Shown here piece after piece: positions 1-12,735 of a stretch of DNA of 64,000 bases. Under the pieces are notes generated by a model that saw only the letters and a list, made by a program, of their open reading frames with translations, was not told where the DNA came from and searched no databases. Position 1 is the stretch's first letter. Every line of letters starts with the position of its first letter. Source of the DNA: Vicugna vicugna (lineage: Eukaryota); NCBI GenBank assembly GCA_013265495.1, contig MU058844.1:12856184-12920183 (forward strand). Reading direction: 5' to 3'. The translations under genes were made by a program, and so were the position numbers.

Positions 1-462
1 CTATTTTTAGTTTTTTGAAGACTGTTCTCTTTTAAAAATTAATCATGTTATGATTTGATTTTTACTCTGTGTTTGTATTTTTTGTTTTTTTATTTGTTTG
101 TTTTCATATTCCAGTGTGATTTATTCCAGAAATGCAGTACCAACATAGGCAACTGGCAGGGGAACATTTGGTGATTACTATAAAACCTCATGTCTGTCAA
201 AGTCCACATGTCTGTTGATTGCATTCAGAAGAATGGCCTTTTTCTGTATCTCTTCTGCCTTCCAAATACTGTGCAAATGCATTGGCTGAATGTAAATCAC
301 ATACAGAATCCCAGGGGCAAAAGATGTTTGCAAAATAAAGTTCTCATACTCCTAGCTTCTGTGATACAGAGGAGAGCACAGAAGGCGATGGCAATGAATG
401 ATAAGATAAATACATCTGTCTCTATATTTATTTGGGTAAGATATGAATACACACGTACATAT

Positions 463-896
463 TGTATTAATCAAGATTCTCCAGAGAAACAGAACCAATA
501 GCGTATATGCATATACAGAGAGAGAGGAGAAGAAAGAGAGGGATTTATTTTAAGAAATTGACTCATGTGATTGTGTGTGTGCAAGCCTGGAATTTGCAGG
601 ACAGGCTGACAAGCTGGAAACCTAGAGAAGAGTGATATTGAAGTCTTGAGTCCAAAGGCAGTCTAGAGGCAGAATTCCTTCTTTGGAGGACTTCAGTCTT
701 TTTCTCTTAAGGCTTTCATCTGATTGTTGAAGCTCATTTACTTTGTGGATGATAATCTGCTTTAGTCAAATTCTTTTGATTTACACATTAATAACATCTG
801 AAAAATACCTTCACAGCAACATCTAGACTGATGTGTTTGTCCAAACAACTGAGTACCATAGCTTGGCTAAGTTGACATATAAAGTTAACCATTATA
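463..896 (-). mobile_element. MLT2-type (ERVL) LTR
   Basis: Characteristic tgtatta..ttctccagagaaacagaaccaata start and aagttgacat..aaccat end, adjoining ERVL internal sequence. Confidence 0.8.
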
Positions 897-945
897 GTCC
901 ACCCCTTGTCAAATTGGCACCCTTACACATTTCCTTAACCCTACT

Positions 946-1333
946 TTTTTGGGCTGAATTATGTCTCCCCCAAATTCATATTTTATAGTTCTAACCCCCA
1001 GTACCTCTGAAAATAACTGTATTTGGAGATAGAGTCTTTAAAGAGATAGTTAAATTCAATTGGGATCATTAAGTTGGGTCCTAATTCAGTATTACTGATG
1101 ACCTTATAAGAGGAGGAAATTTGGACACAGACATGTATAGAAGGGAGACTGTGTGAAGACAAAAGGAGAAGACAGCCATCTAAAAGCCAAGGAGAGAGGC
1201 CTTAGAAGAAACCAGCCCTGCTGACACCTTATCTCAGATGTTTAGCCTCCAGAATTGTGAGAAAATAGATTTCTGTGGTTTAAACCACTCGGTCTGTGAT
1301 GCTTTCTTATGGCAGCCTTAGCAAACTAGTACA
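946..1333 (+). mobile_element. MaLR LTR (MLT1A-like) inserted into ERVL
   Basis: gggctgaatt..cccccaaattcata...gtatttggagatag...ccagccctgctgacacctt...gcagccttagcaaactagtaca. Confidence 0.8.
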
Positions 1334-1862
1334 GTATTTAATCTCCAAATAAAGAGAGATTCCACCTAATGTGACACAACTATTCTACATACAATGCACT
1401 AACTCTTTCCCCAAAAGGGAATGCAAAGTCTTTGGGCAATGTTCATTCTTCCTGATATCTTATAATTTAAACATTGATGAAAACTTAACAGTGATTAAAT
1501 ACTGTGTTGTAAGGTAAGTATATCTTATGTTATATGACAAGGGAATGAGAGAGGGAAGAAAACAGGTATTTGATAAATACACACACCAACATATTCATAA
1601 TAAAATTAGGAAGAAGAATCCTCATAACAATCATAGTTCTCATTTCTGTAACTGGTCTTGTAGTGATAGCTGATATTTATATATGCCTTCTTCCACTACC
1701 CGTTCCATATTCCCTTTGCCCTCAGCAAGCACCTCAGATAGCCATAGTTCTTTACCTAGAGAGGTGACCTAAATCTTTTTTCCATATGTGTTTGGGTCAT
1801 TAGTAGTACTACCTAGGTTGGATTATTGAAGCTTTCCATTGATTTTAATCACAAGGCATGGT

Positions 1863-1917
1863 TGACACAACATTGTAAAATGACTATAACTCAATAAAAA
1901 AAAAAGTTAAAAAAAAG
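1863..1917 (+). mobile_element. Very short 5'-truncated young L1 3' end with poly(A)
   Basis: tgacacaacattgtaaaatgactataactcaataaaa.., TSD aggcatggt at 1854-1862 and 1918-1926. Confidence 0.75.
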
Positions 1918-2527
1918 AGGCATGGTAGTACTAAGAGATGCCCTTGATGCCCTTAGGCATCTCCAGTAACCAGACATATGCATTTTTTACCACCATTGTG
2001 GAATAGTAGTCCAATTTACCCTCGGTAATTAGGATCAGTTACCTCAGCCAGTAGAGTAACTCCCTTGTTTCCTACTGATTCAGAGGCATGGAAAGCCCAA
2101 AGTAGCCAGGTGGCAGTCTCAACTTCCAGTTCAGTGGAATCATTGTTGTGTCTCTTGATGGAAGCATTTTCCCCTTTGGAACTAAGTCCTCTAGACCGGC
2201 AGAGCATAAGGTCATGGACAAAGGAAACAAAAATTTTTGCTAGTGGATCAATAAAGATAATAGTGATTAATGTCACTCCAATTTCCTTTCTGATTCTTGG
2301 ACTTGCTGATCTTGGCTGTGCAAGAAACAGCACCATGTATTGGACCTTCAGAATATATATAGCCCTTTGGAGATCCTTGCCTCAGCCCTTCAAGGTATTG
2401 CCACTTGGTTGGTGCTCTGACTGTGTCTTCAAAAGGCCATTCCACTGTTCTGTCGAGCCAGTTGTTTCAGGATGATAGGAGATATGGTAAGGCCAGTGAA
2501 TTCTGTGACCATTGGCCCATTGCCGCA

Positions 2528-2598
2528 CTTCTTTCTCCCTTTCTCCTTTTCTCCTTTTCTCCCTTTCTCCCTTTCTCCCTTTCTCCCTTTCTCCCTTC

Positions 2599-2672
<74 letters not shown>

Positions 2673-2682
2673 CTTTCTTTTC
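2528..2682. repeat. Compound pyrimidine microsatellite (TTCTCCCT)n-(TTTC)n
   Basis: Directly visible. Source of the low-complexity KERK/SFFL ORFs. Confidence 0.95.
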
Positions 2683-3389
2683 ATGTGAAATGAGTTCATT
2701 GATCAGCAGCAGTGAATAATAGAATAATAGGATGGGTACATAAGGCATTCTATAAGTTCATGGAGAATAGTTTTGGCAGAAGCGTTTTTTGCAGGTAAGC
2801 AAATCTATACATAGAGTGTCTATTTTAGTAAGAATAAAACACTGCCTCTTTCATGATGGAAGCAGTCTAGTGTAATCAACCTGTCACCAGGTAGCTGACT
2901 GAGCACCTCAGGTAATAGTGCCATATTGGGGACTCAGTGTTGGTCTCTGCTGCTGGCAGATTTGGCACTCAACAATGGCAGTAGCCAGGGTGGTCTTGGT
3001 GAATGGAGGTCCATATTGCTGAACCTATGCATAACCTCCATCCCTACCACCATGGCTACTTTGTTCATGAGCCCATTGGGCAATGACAGGATTGACTGGG
3101 GAAAGAGGTTGACTCATACCCACTGAATGGGTCATCCTTTAGTTTTATTTCAGTGCAGCCTTTTATACTTGCAAAAACAAAAGGCATTTGGAACTCCAAG
3201 AAATAACTAGAAGTCTGCTGATTTCTTGATTTTGGTTTAGTTAGTCAGCTGTTTTCAGGAAGAATTATTAGAGAGGTTACTAGTACTTTGTTAGATGTGT
3301 TTATTTATATATGTTTGTATAATTGTGGGATAATTCTTAGCCTTGAAATTGCTGGATTAAAGTGTATATGTTTATAAAAAATTTCTTCT

Positions 3390-3505
3390 GTAGAACACAG
3401 GAAACTATATTCAGTATCTTGTGGTAACCTTTAATGAAAAAGAATATAATAATGAATATGTGTATGATTGACACATTGTACCTGACATACTTCAATTTTT
3501 AAAAA
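3390..3505 (+). mobile_element. L1 3' end fragment (camelid-type)
   Basis: ctgtagaacacaggaaactatattcagtatcttgtggtaacctttaatgaaaaagaata. Confidence 0.65.
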
Positions 3506-3954
3506 GTGTATATGTTTTAAATTGTTCTGGTTTATATTCCTATCACAAAGTATATGAGAACACCTGTTTTCCTACATTCTTGCCAGTGTTGAATATTAGC
3601 ACACTTTTTAGTTTTTGCCAATGTCATAATGAAAAAAATCTAATTTTATTTCTTTAATTATAAGTAGGTGTAAGCATCTTTTCAAATTTTAAGTAGTCTC
3701 ATATCTTTAACCTTGCTCTTGCTATTCCTTTTCACTTGGAATATTTTCTTTTATTTTTCCTGAATTTTTACCATTCTTCAAAGTCCGTGTCAGAATCTGT
3801 TTTATTTTGTTTTTCCATTATTGGATTTCCCAATAACCTCAGCCTAAAATGATTTCTCCCTCCTTATAAACTTAAAGATTTATTTTCCACTTATCACAGT
3901 TTTATACCAGAACTGATATATATAATTTTCTTCTAGGATTTCCAGATATACAAG

Positions 3955-3986
3955 ATGGCTAAACATTAATGGAAAGAGAAGCATAA
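3955..3986 (+). promoter_or_regulatory. Two tandem uORFs (MAKH*, MEREA*) in the 5'UTR part of exon 2
   Basis: ATG GCT AAA CAT TAA 3955-3969 overlaps ATG GAA AGA GAA GCA TAA 3969-3986 (TAATG). Confidence 0.7.
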
Positions 3987-4003
3987 ACCTATCTTCTTTC
4001 ACT

Positions 4004-4045
4004 ATGGAGTCAAGTTTGGCAGATGGAGAACCTGACCGAACTTTG
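4004..4045 (+). CDS. OSBPL8: OSBPL8 first coding exon (exon 3937-4045; CDS MESSLADGEPDRTL)
   Basis: Acceptor ttctag|3937, ACT-ATG-G Kozak at 4004, donor TTG|gtaagt at 4046 (phase 0). Peptide matches recalled human ORP8L start MEGGLADGEPDRTS. Confidence 0.95.
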
Positions 4046-5944
4046 GTAAGTGGTTCAAATACAACAGTTGTAAAGTGTTTGATGTAAGCCATCATTTTAT
4101 TTTAAAGATATGTTTAAAACAAATTTTTTAAAAATATTGTAAAAGAATACCTTAACTCCTCTGTTGATACAAAAATTACAAATAGTTAAAAGCTTGTTGA
4201 AGTATAACCCAGTTTTCTGCTATTTCTGTTCCATCTCCTACCTGCCTTCACTTTACCACCTGCCTTCCCTGCTTTCCCAGTCAAATAGTATAAGACATAC
4301 TGATATAATAGTTTGTGTTTATGTTTTCCTCAAAAAACTTTTTGTCTTACTGAAATTAAGAGGGTGTTAATAGTTGAGGGAATTAAATGCCTGCAAATCT
4401 CAAATCACATGCAGCTATGCATAGGTGGACAGAATGAACAGTTAAAATAATTAAGAATTAAGAGAAGTTGCCACATATACTTCTATAAGAGTATAAAGAT
4501 TTAAATATTACTGCCTTGTGATTATCATTGAATTGTATTCTGAAATAAAACAAGTAGGTAAGGGTAGCAGTTAAGTGTACCTTATCCAATAAGTTAAAAA
4601 AAAAAAAAGCAAAAATTCACCAGTAGGGTAGATTAAATGATAATTTGTTGCTGTACAAAAGCAAGTAATTTAATTTCAATCCTCCTGTTCCATTTATAGA
4701 GATTCCATTAAATATTGATTTATAGACTATTAGGGATGTTTGGATTACTTAAAGTAATGGCGCCAGTGGGTAAAATGTAGTCAGCTGGTAACTCTGTGAT
4801 TTGTGATGTTGTAGATTGTTTGACAAAATTGTATTGTTGAAATAATGTGGAGGCCAACTTTTCTGTCTTTCATATTGCTGTGGAGTTGAGAGTCACATAT
4901 TGCAGTATTTGTAAATTTTAATTTAGTGAATGTCCTTTGTTCAGGCTCCTGTAGGGCCAGTGTAATGATTGATAGCAAAATGCAGTTTTGCTTACTTTGT
5001 TAACTTAGTCTCAACATTTTTTTGAATTTCTGGTTCAAACTTGTTTTAGTTTCTTTAATGGTCAAAAAAAAAGTTAAACTTTAAAATGATAACTTGTTAA
5101 TAGAGAATAAAATGGACATGGAAGTAACTTGGTTTATGAAGAAGGTTATTGTAACGGTGACTTTAAATGGAAAACTGATGGTAGGTTGTTTTGTTTTCAC
5201 TTTAATTTCAGAAAAAAAGTTAAGATTAAAACCTTGTCTTGGAACATGGTATTAACCATAAATATTTTCTTATTTAAAGCTAATGGACTTTTTCTTAAGT
5301 ATTTTTAACTGAAATATTTTTAGTCTTAGAGCTAAAATACTGTAATAACAATTGCTGTTTCTAAGTGTATGCTTTGTGCGATTGTCCTCACGACAGCCGT
5401 TAAAAGTAGACACTTGTTTATCCTTACTTTTCTAGATAGGGAAATAAATTCAGAAAGGTTAATTGTCTTCTCTAAAAGCTCACAGTATAAATGGTGGAAC
5501 GGAGGTCTGTCTGTCTCTGAATACTTTGCTACTAACATGTTGACTAGGTACCTATTTTTCTGAATAGAATTGCTTATAATTTATTGTTACCTTTTAAAGT
5601 AAACTAAGTAGATAGTATTAAATTCTATACCAGAATACCTGCACTATGTTGATAAAGTTTTAATCATTTTTTATTTTAAGTTATATTGATACTGAGAAGT
5701 TAGAGCAAGTTATTTAAAAAGTAACGAGAGCAGTTTTCTTCTTGTGGTTCATTAAGTTTCTTCTGTGAAGTATTGTAGCTTATTTTAGAGACAATAATAC
5801 CAAGAACTTCAGTGTGAACTACTGAAATATTATTCTACATTTGAAACTAATCTTGAGGTCCACCTTTGAGTTATCTATTTATAAAATATCACCTTTGAAC
5901 TGCATGGCTTAAGTTAGTTACTGTTTAGGTCTAAGAGAAGAGAA

Positions 5945-6180
5945 TAAGAACATGGGCTCTGTACACGTTTAGCTGTACCTTATAATCATCTGAACTCTGT
6001 CACTTAGTTACATGACCTGGGTAATTAATTAAATTCTCAGGGTTTCCAATTTTCCTCATCTATTAATAAATAAAGATAATAGTAATATCTACCTCCCAGA
6101 GTTGTTCTGAGTTTTGAAGTAATGGATCTGTGAAGTGCCTATTATACAGCTATGAACATTTTAAGTATCCAATAAATAAA
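5945..6180 (+). mobile_element. MIR SINE
   Basis: Core tttcctcatctatt..gataatagta..ctacctcccagagttgtt. Confidence 0.65.
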
Positions 6181-6544
6181 AGCTACAATCGTTATTGGTA
6201 ATATAACTAGTAATATTCAGCCTTCTCTCCAAAAAGGATAAATGAGGCAGGAAAGGCAATAAAACGCATTGAAAAAAAGCCCTACATTATTCAGTACACT
6301 TTCTCTGAACCTCATTTTTGCTACCTAAAATACTGAGGCAAATATTCTACTTCAATAAAAACTATGTAAGTAGGCATATTCATTCTGAGTACTTGACAGG
6401 AACAATATGATCTAGTGAAGCCAGAAAGTTCTTTGAAAATATAAAGCAGCGTGTCTGTATGAGGTGGCACTATTTTTAAAAATCTGATTGCATGCACTGG
6501 TTTCTTATTAGTAAGGTTTTTTGTTGTTGTTGTTGTTTTTTAAT

Positions 6545-7160
6545 GCAGTCTTTGTGCAAAGTACTGTGCCCAGTGAAAGGGTTGCTAAGAGATGTACAAT
6601 GTAGTCTGTCTGAATTACCTTTATTTTGGGAAGACTAGATAGAGGGAAGGGTAGATAAGGCAGTAATAGCATTTACTAAGTGTTAAATGAGGGACATAAA
6701 CAAGGCATAGTTTACAAGTTGGGAAAATTGAATTATTGCTGTACACTGGAGTAGTTAGAGAACCTTTCTTAAGAGAACACTCTGAACAGCATAGGTAATA
6801 GGGTTGAAAATGAGCGAGGAGAGCATTTTAGGCAGGAAGGATAGCAGGAGGCAAGGCTAAATGGGAATGAATTGCTCAAGGTTTATTCAGCAGAAAATGA
6901 GTAGAAAAATTAAGGTAGATTGGAAGGGAGTGTTGTTTACAAGAATAAGGATCAGTGTGGCAGACAGAGACCAAACTTGTGGAAAGGTTTGAGTGCCAGA
7001 CCGGAATTTTGAACTTGATTCTGTGGGCAGTGGAATGTCATTGAATATTTTTATGAAGGTGGATAAGATCAATCTGGAAGCAAGATATAAGATGATTTGG
7101 AGGAGTGAAAGATAAAGATATTAATTCAGAGACTGTTATGGTAGTCTTGGTATGAGGTCG
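6545..7160 (-). mobile_element. L2 LINE fragment
   Basis: Purine-rich decayed L2 pattern (ttgaacttgattctgtgggcagtggaa..cattga). Confidence 0.5.
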
Positions 7161-8170
7161 TGAAAGCTTGGACTCAATCTGACATTATTGTCAGTTTATT
7201 CGATTTTCTTCTACATGAGAGTATGCTTTCTGTTTTTAAAAAATTCATTTGCTCTTTTATTATTCCAGTTATGTATAGTTATATTTTTGAGATAGTGTTG
7301 CTTGTTTTAAGTGGTAATACTGAAAAATATGGATTGAATCTTCATACTATACTAATGTACTTCAGAACACAAGTGTACATTTAATATACATCTTAAAATA
7401 TTTTGTAAAACTCCAGAATTCTCATCACTTTGGAAGTCAACTACTAAGAAATCCTTTAAGTGTAGGGGTCAAATTTTTATTGATAGATTGAGGTAAACTA
7501 AATAAGTGAAATACAGCTTTAGATTTTTTAAAAAATAGAGCATATTCCTTACCTTAAGGATATTCGTATATTTTGAATATCTTATATATTATTTCTTTTA
7601 CCAGAGGGAACTACTTTATAACGTCTGAGGTCAAAACCTTTTGTTGTACTAAAAATTGATTATATAAATGACTTTTTAGAAGAGAATAAAAGTTTTAAAA
7701 ATATATTTGAATCTTTGTAGTAGTATAAGGGACTCTCAGTTGAGGAAATCTGAAGATTCTAATTTGAATTGGACACTTTGAGTCAGGTGTTTTCTGAAGT
7801 GGAAGTAACTGCAAAGATGATTTAGTTTACTAATTCTCAGAATGTTGTAAATCAGTGTCTTCTTCATGGGCCTAGAGATGACCCAGTTTCCTCAGATTTT
7901 GATTTTAAAATACATACTAGGTGAGTTCTGCTTGATTACTGTGATTTGGTGCTTATAAAGTAAAATTAGTATGTTATTAGAGTTTACTGAGGGCTTTAAA
8001 TCGTGTTCTAAGAAGTATGGCGACTATATGTAACATTCGGCAACATTATACAGCTGTGTATATGGGCATGCAAATTAATGGAATTGCCTCAATTTTTGGT
8101 AATATCAGATATTATTTTTGAGTGGGTCACAGTTTTTAAGTGTTGCTATTTTTGTTCTTTTGTTTAAATA

Positions 8171-8366
8171 CAGTTGACCTTTGAACAATTGTGAGGAGAG
8201 GGGGATGGGTAGAGCCTCCAACCCTCCACCCAGAAAGAACCCTGGTTCCTTGGTATCCGTGATTCAACCAACCACTGGTCTGTAGTACTGTAGTATTTTC
8301 TATTAAAAAAATCCCCCTTTAAGTGGACCTGCACAATTCAAATCTGTGTTGTTTGAAGGTCAACTG
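8171..8366 (-). mobile_element. Tigger2-family MITE (TcMar-Tigger)
   Basis: TIRs cagttgacctttgaacaa / ttgtttgaaggtcaactg with TA duplications at 8169-70 and 8367-68. Confidence 0.85.
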
Positions 8367-8994
8367 TATTATTAGTTTAGTTTCATCATTATCATTATTG
8401 ATTTAGTATGTTGTATGTTGCTAGTGATAGCATATTTATAACAACAGTATTTTTGGTATAGTTTCCCAATAACTGACCTTTAAGTCATTATGCATTCAAG
8501 TCCAGTGATAAATGATCCATATGCCAATTACTAATCCTCTTAAAGTATTCTCGGCACTTGGTTGTTCTTGTTAGTTCCCCGTTCCCCAACCCAAGTGGAA
8601 ATGGGTGGAGAAGAGTTGTGAAATCTCTTGTCTCATCTATGATAAATGGGCCACCAAATTTGGTACATATGCTCATCTAATATTTGAATATGCTCTGAGA
8701 CCTGCCTGCTAAGTGTTTGGCTAATGCTTGTATACTTCAGGATTGCCTCACAGAGGCCTGTTTCTTTGTTTTTAGCAAAGATTATGCCACCAGCAGAGCC
8801 TTTTGTAAACCTCTGAGTCCTGTGGCTACTTCCTCCTCTTAGTCTTCGTGGGAAAACTTAGAGATGATTTAGTCTAATGACCTGGCTAATGTAAGAATTC
8901 TATCTGCATTATCCCCTGACAGCTGGTCATCCAGCCTCGGCATGAACACAGGTCATTTTAGGTAACTGAGTTTCTCTAAAAGCAAGTTATTGTG

Positions 8995-9333
8995 CTCCTT
9001 CAGGAGGTTCTGTGGGGAGAATCCATTTCTTTTTACCAGTGTTTAGAAATTGCATTCATCCGTTGGCTCATGGCTCCTTCTTCCCAGTAGTTGAACTTCT
9101 GTCTTCTGTTGTCACATCTCTCCTGCTACTCACTTTCACCTCCTTGTCTCCCTCTTATGCGGACCCTCCTGATTACATTGGGCCCACTCAGATGGTTCAG
9201 AATAACGGTCCTGTCTCAAGATTTTGAACTTAATCACATCTGCAAAGTCCCTTGTGTCATGTAAGGTAATATTCACAGGTTCCAGGGATTAGGATGTGGA
9301 CATCTTTTGGAGGCAGTTTTTCTGCCTACCACA
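8995..9333 (-). mobile_element. MaLR LTR fragment (MLT1)
   Basis: gattacattgggcccact..taatcacatctgcaaagtccc..gggattaggatgtggacatctt..ctgcctaccaca. Confidence 0.8.
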
Positions 9334-9644
9334 GTCGTAGTGCTAACCTCTGGTGCACCCCAGTCTAGTGAAGTGGGTCCTATTGCCAAATAATCCAAAG
9401 TTGGTAGTCTGGTGGGGCATCTCACCTGGGGAGTTGCCAGTTATATTGAGGTCCTAAATTATGTAAATTCTTAGGTTGCAGAGATCATATGTGAAGTAAT
9501 AAAATAACTAGAAATTTTAGTCATTAATTTATCACCTACATACTCGTTATCTCTTATATTAAAATAGCTTCATCTTCCCAGTCTTGCTAAAGGTAACAGT
9601 TTATGTTAATCAAATATTTAAGAATGTTAATAGACATTATCTTC

Positions 9645-10445
9645 CTTGAACTCTTATGTAAAATTTCAAATATATTTAAAAAAATACAGGGTCAACTGTA
9701 TTTAAATAAAAGAACAAAAATAGCAACATTTAAAAACTGTGACTCACTCACTCAAAGTTACCAAAAATTGGAGCAACTCCATTAATTTGCATGCCCATAC
9801 TCACAGCTGTATAATCCTTGCGTACCCATCACCCATCTTCGATAGTTATCATCTCAGGCCAATCTTGTTTCATGTGCACTTCCACCTACCTTTCCATCCC
9901 ATATTTTTTTAAGCTAATTACAGATACATCATTTTATTAATAAGTATTTCAGTTATATATCTCTAAAATATAAAGACTTTAAAAAAAACTTTAACCATAA
10001 ATATTATTGTCATCCTAAAAATGAATAATTCCTTAATATAATCGAATAACTAGTCAATGCTTAAATGTCCCTAATTACTTTATTCTCTTTTTATTGTCTT
10101 TGTGTTGGTCTTTGTTGATAAGTCAGTTAAGTTGTTTTTAATCTTTAATGTCTCTCCTGCATCTGTTTTTAATTTTTCCTTTTCAATTTTTAATTTCCCT
10201 TTTCAATTTATTGGAGAGATAAAGTAGTTTATCCTGTAGCATTTCCTAAAATCTGAATTTTCCCCCACGGTGATTGTTTAATATGGTTTTCAGTTATATT
10301 TCTTACAAGTTAGTCATTACATAATTCTAGTCTGAGGCTTGCTCAGATTCAGGTTCAATTTTTTTTGACAAGAATTCTTCATTGATGGTGTTGTGTATTA
10401 CCTTCAGGAGGCACATAACTGTCTGATTGTCTCTCTTCTTGTGAA
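9645..10445 (-). mobile_element. Old L1 (L1MC-like) 3' end, interrupted by the inverted duplicate
   Basis: aaaatttcaaata...gtacccatcaccca...ggccaatcttgtttcat motif of L1MC 3' ends. Confidence 0.65.
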
Positions 10446-10724
10446 TTAGACTCTCAGAGGGTGAGACACAGACATGAGTAATTTTTAAAGTCTCTCAGGT
10501 GATTTCAATGCACAGCTAAGGTTGAGAACCATAGAAATAGAGGTGGTTAGCCTGGGGACCAAGTTAGCATGCAGTGTGTAATCTAGGTAAAAGCCGCTTA
10601 AAACCTGTAGGGTTGCAGTGGCAGAATAGAAAATATGTTCCTTCTGAATCTTGCTTTTTTCCTAGATTTCTAAAATCTTCACTTTCCATATTTAGGTTAC
10701 TGTGTTGGTGTGGAGAGAAAAAAC

Positions 10725-10940
10725 ATAATATTTTGCGGACTTACTGTGTGGCCTCACCTGGGCTTGATGTCTCACACACTTTCTCATTTGATCCTCTCCG
10801 TAGTGCTGTGAAGTAGATATTACTCTGTCTTTAGAGATTAAAAAAACTGAGGCTCCAAAAGGGATAGCAGTTTTCCTTAGATCACATAAGCTAGTCACCG
10901 GGGTCTGTTAGGATTCAAATACAGATACTCTAAGTCTGTT
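10725..10940 (-). mobile_element. MIR SINE
   Basis: aaactgaggctcc..agatcacataagctagt..ggattcaaa. Confidence 0.65.
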
Positions 10941-12424
10941 AATCTTGTCACTGAATGTAAGGCTAGTGTTTTTATGTTATAAACAGATCTATATTACACC
11001 TAGCCTTTTAAACATTCCCTTAAAGTTTTTATATACATTACCAAATATAATACATACTTTGAAAACTGTGTGATTATGATCTGTTTTACTTAATGCCAAG
11101 TTTTGTCCTCCTGTAACTAATTTTGACTTTTCTATCTGGGGTGAATTTTTTGGCATTTAGGCACCACATAGTTACTGAGGTATAGAGAGCAGTTGCTAAC
11201 TGCATTTTTATATGTGGTAGATATTATGAGTCATGGAGGTTGACGTTTTTATATTATTATTAGCAGTCTTGCCTGTGGCTTGACACCGAACAACATGATA
11301 CACTAATCAGTGATTTGTTAGAAATAGAATAGAGTTTTAGAAAGAAAGAGACTTGTTATGCAGTTCTTATGTCTTAATTCAGATCACAGTCATGAGTCAA
11401 TATAGAATATGGGCTCATGTATTTGTGTAAATAATTGGTCAAAATGAAATTCCAAGTAATATTAGCTCTTGTTTCAGACTGAAACTGGAAATTATGTAAA
11501 CAGATCATAAGATTGAGCATCATACACTGAAATATTTATGTGCATGACCAGTTATCCTACCTAACTTGGCATGATCGTGGTGTGATCATGTGGTTTCTAT
11601 TGTGTTGTTATTGCATAACCTTTACAGGTAACTGTGGATGGATAGGTTAGATATAGAAGAGAATGTCAATGAGGTCAAAGGCCAAGGTCATGGATTGAAC
11701 TCTTTTAGTGTGTAGTTAACTTTTTTCTTGCTTCATAACCACCTCCTTCACCAGCAGTCCCACCAGATGCATGACATTAGTTACAACTGACAACATATTT
11801 GATTTTAAATTTCCCTTTTAGGTGAAGACCTTGATGAAGTAGGTTGGTTTAATCATGGCAAGAGACCACCAATACCAGAAGAAATACAACTTATGCTCCA
11901 TTACCAAAAACTGGGTGAATCTGTAACTGTGTAGCTTATGAAGGACAGAATTATTTAAGAAAAAGACAGGGAAATTTCTAGCAATTGAATTTGGGCATAT
12001 GATGTCCAAAGACTAATAGTGGAAGAAAGTACTAACGTGCTTTAAGTTATAGCTAAGGATGTTCTTAGGAATGAGGTAATTTTCTAAGTTAAATTGTTAG
12101 TGTATAACAGAATTTGAGGACTGTAACAGATGTTATGAACAAGTAAGAAAATTAAATTCAAGTTATTTATTCAAATTTACCCAGGGAATATTGATAGAGT
12201 TAGGCTTAGAACGCAGATTTTATGATTCTAGTCCATATTAGTGCTTTATGTATCTATTTTAATCATGAAGAATATTAAATTTCAGAAAATACAAAGATAA
12301 GCAAGACTTGTTTTTTTGCCAAAATAGAATTTAATTCAGTTAATAAACAGGAACTCAGTGGATTATAGATACGAAATTCTTTGCTGGATATTAAGGTTAT
12401 AGTAATGACTAAACCTTTTTTTTT

Positions 12425-12735
12425 TCATTCATGCATTTATTCATTCACTCATTGTTTGTTGAGTGTCTATCATGTGCCACCCTTTGTTTTAGTCTTAAGA
12501 GATACAACAGTGAACAAAATAGACAAAGTTCCTACTCCAGTGGAGCTAATATTCCATTGGAAAAAGACGAAAAGCGTGCACAGATATATACTGTGTTATG
12601 TGATGACTGTTGTGATGAAAAATAAAACAAGGTAAGAAGGATAGCAAGTACGAGAATAGGAGATAGGTGTTGCTCTTTTCTAGGAAAATCATGGAAGTAT
12701 TCTGACAAAGTGGCTTTTGGATTGAGTTCTAAAGG
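12425..12735 (-). mobile_element. L2 3' end
   Basis: attcattcactcattgtttgttgagtgtctatcatgtgcca..gatacaacagtgaacaaaatagacaaag. Confidence 0.75.

Larger units (their letters stand above)
1334..3140 (-). mobile_element. Decayed ERVL internal region (integrase / dUTPase remnants)
   Basis: Minus-strand fragments EVRQWANGHRIHWPYHISYHPETTGSTEQWNGLLKTQ (ERV-L integrase core-like) and GVTLLAEVTDPNYRG (dUTPase-like), broken by stops and frameshifts. Confidence 0.8.
8045..9815. repeat. Inverted repeat pair, arms 8045-8179 and 9690-9815
   Basis: Reverse complement of 9690-9815 aligns to 8045-8179 with scattered mismatches and one internal indel. Confidence 0.92.

Noticed and set aside
2016..2475. 106-136 aa ORFs
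   Set aside because: Fragments or antisense of decayed ERVL pol. No intact gene.
2382..2748. Four overlapping ORFs with KERK / SFFL repeats
   Set aside because: Produced by the stop-free (TTTC)n microsatellite inside a dead ERVL.
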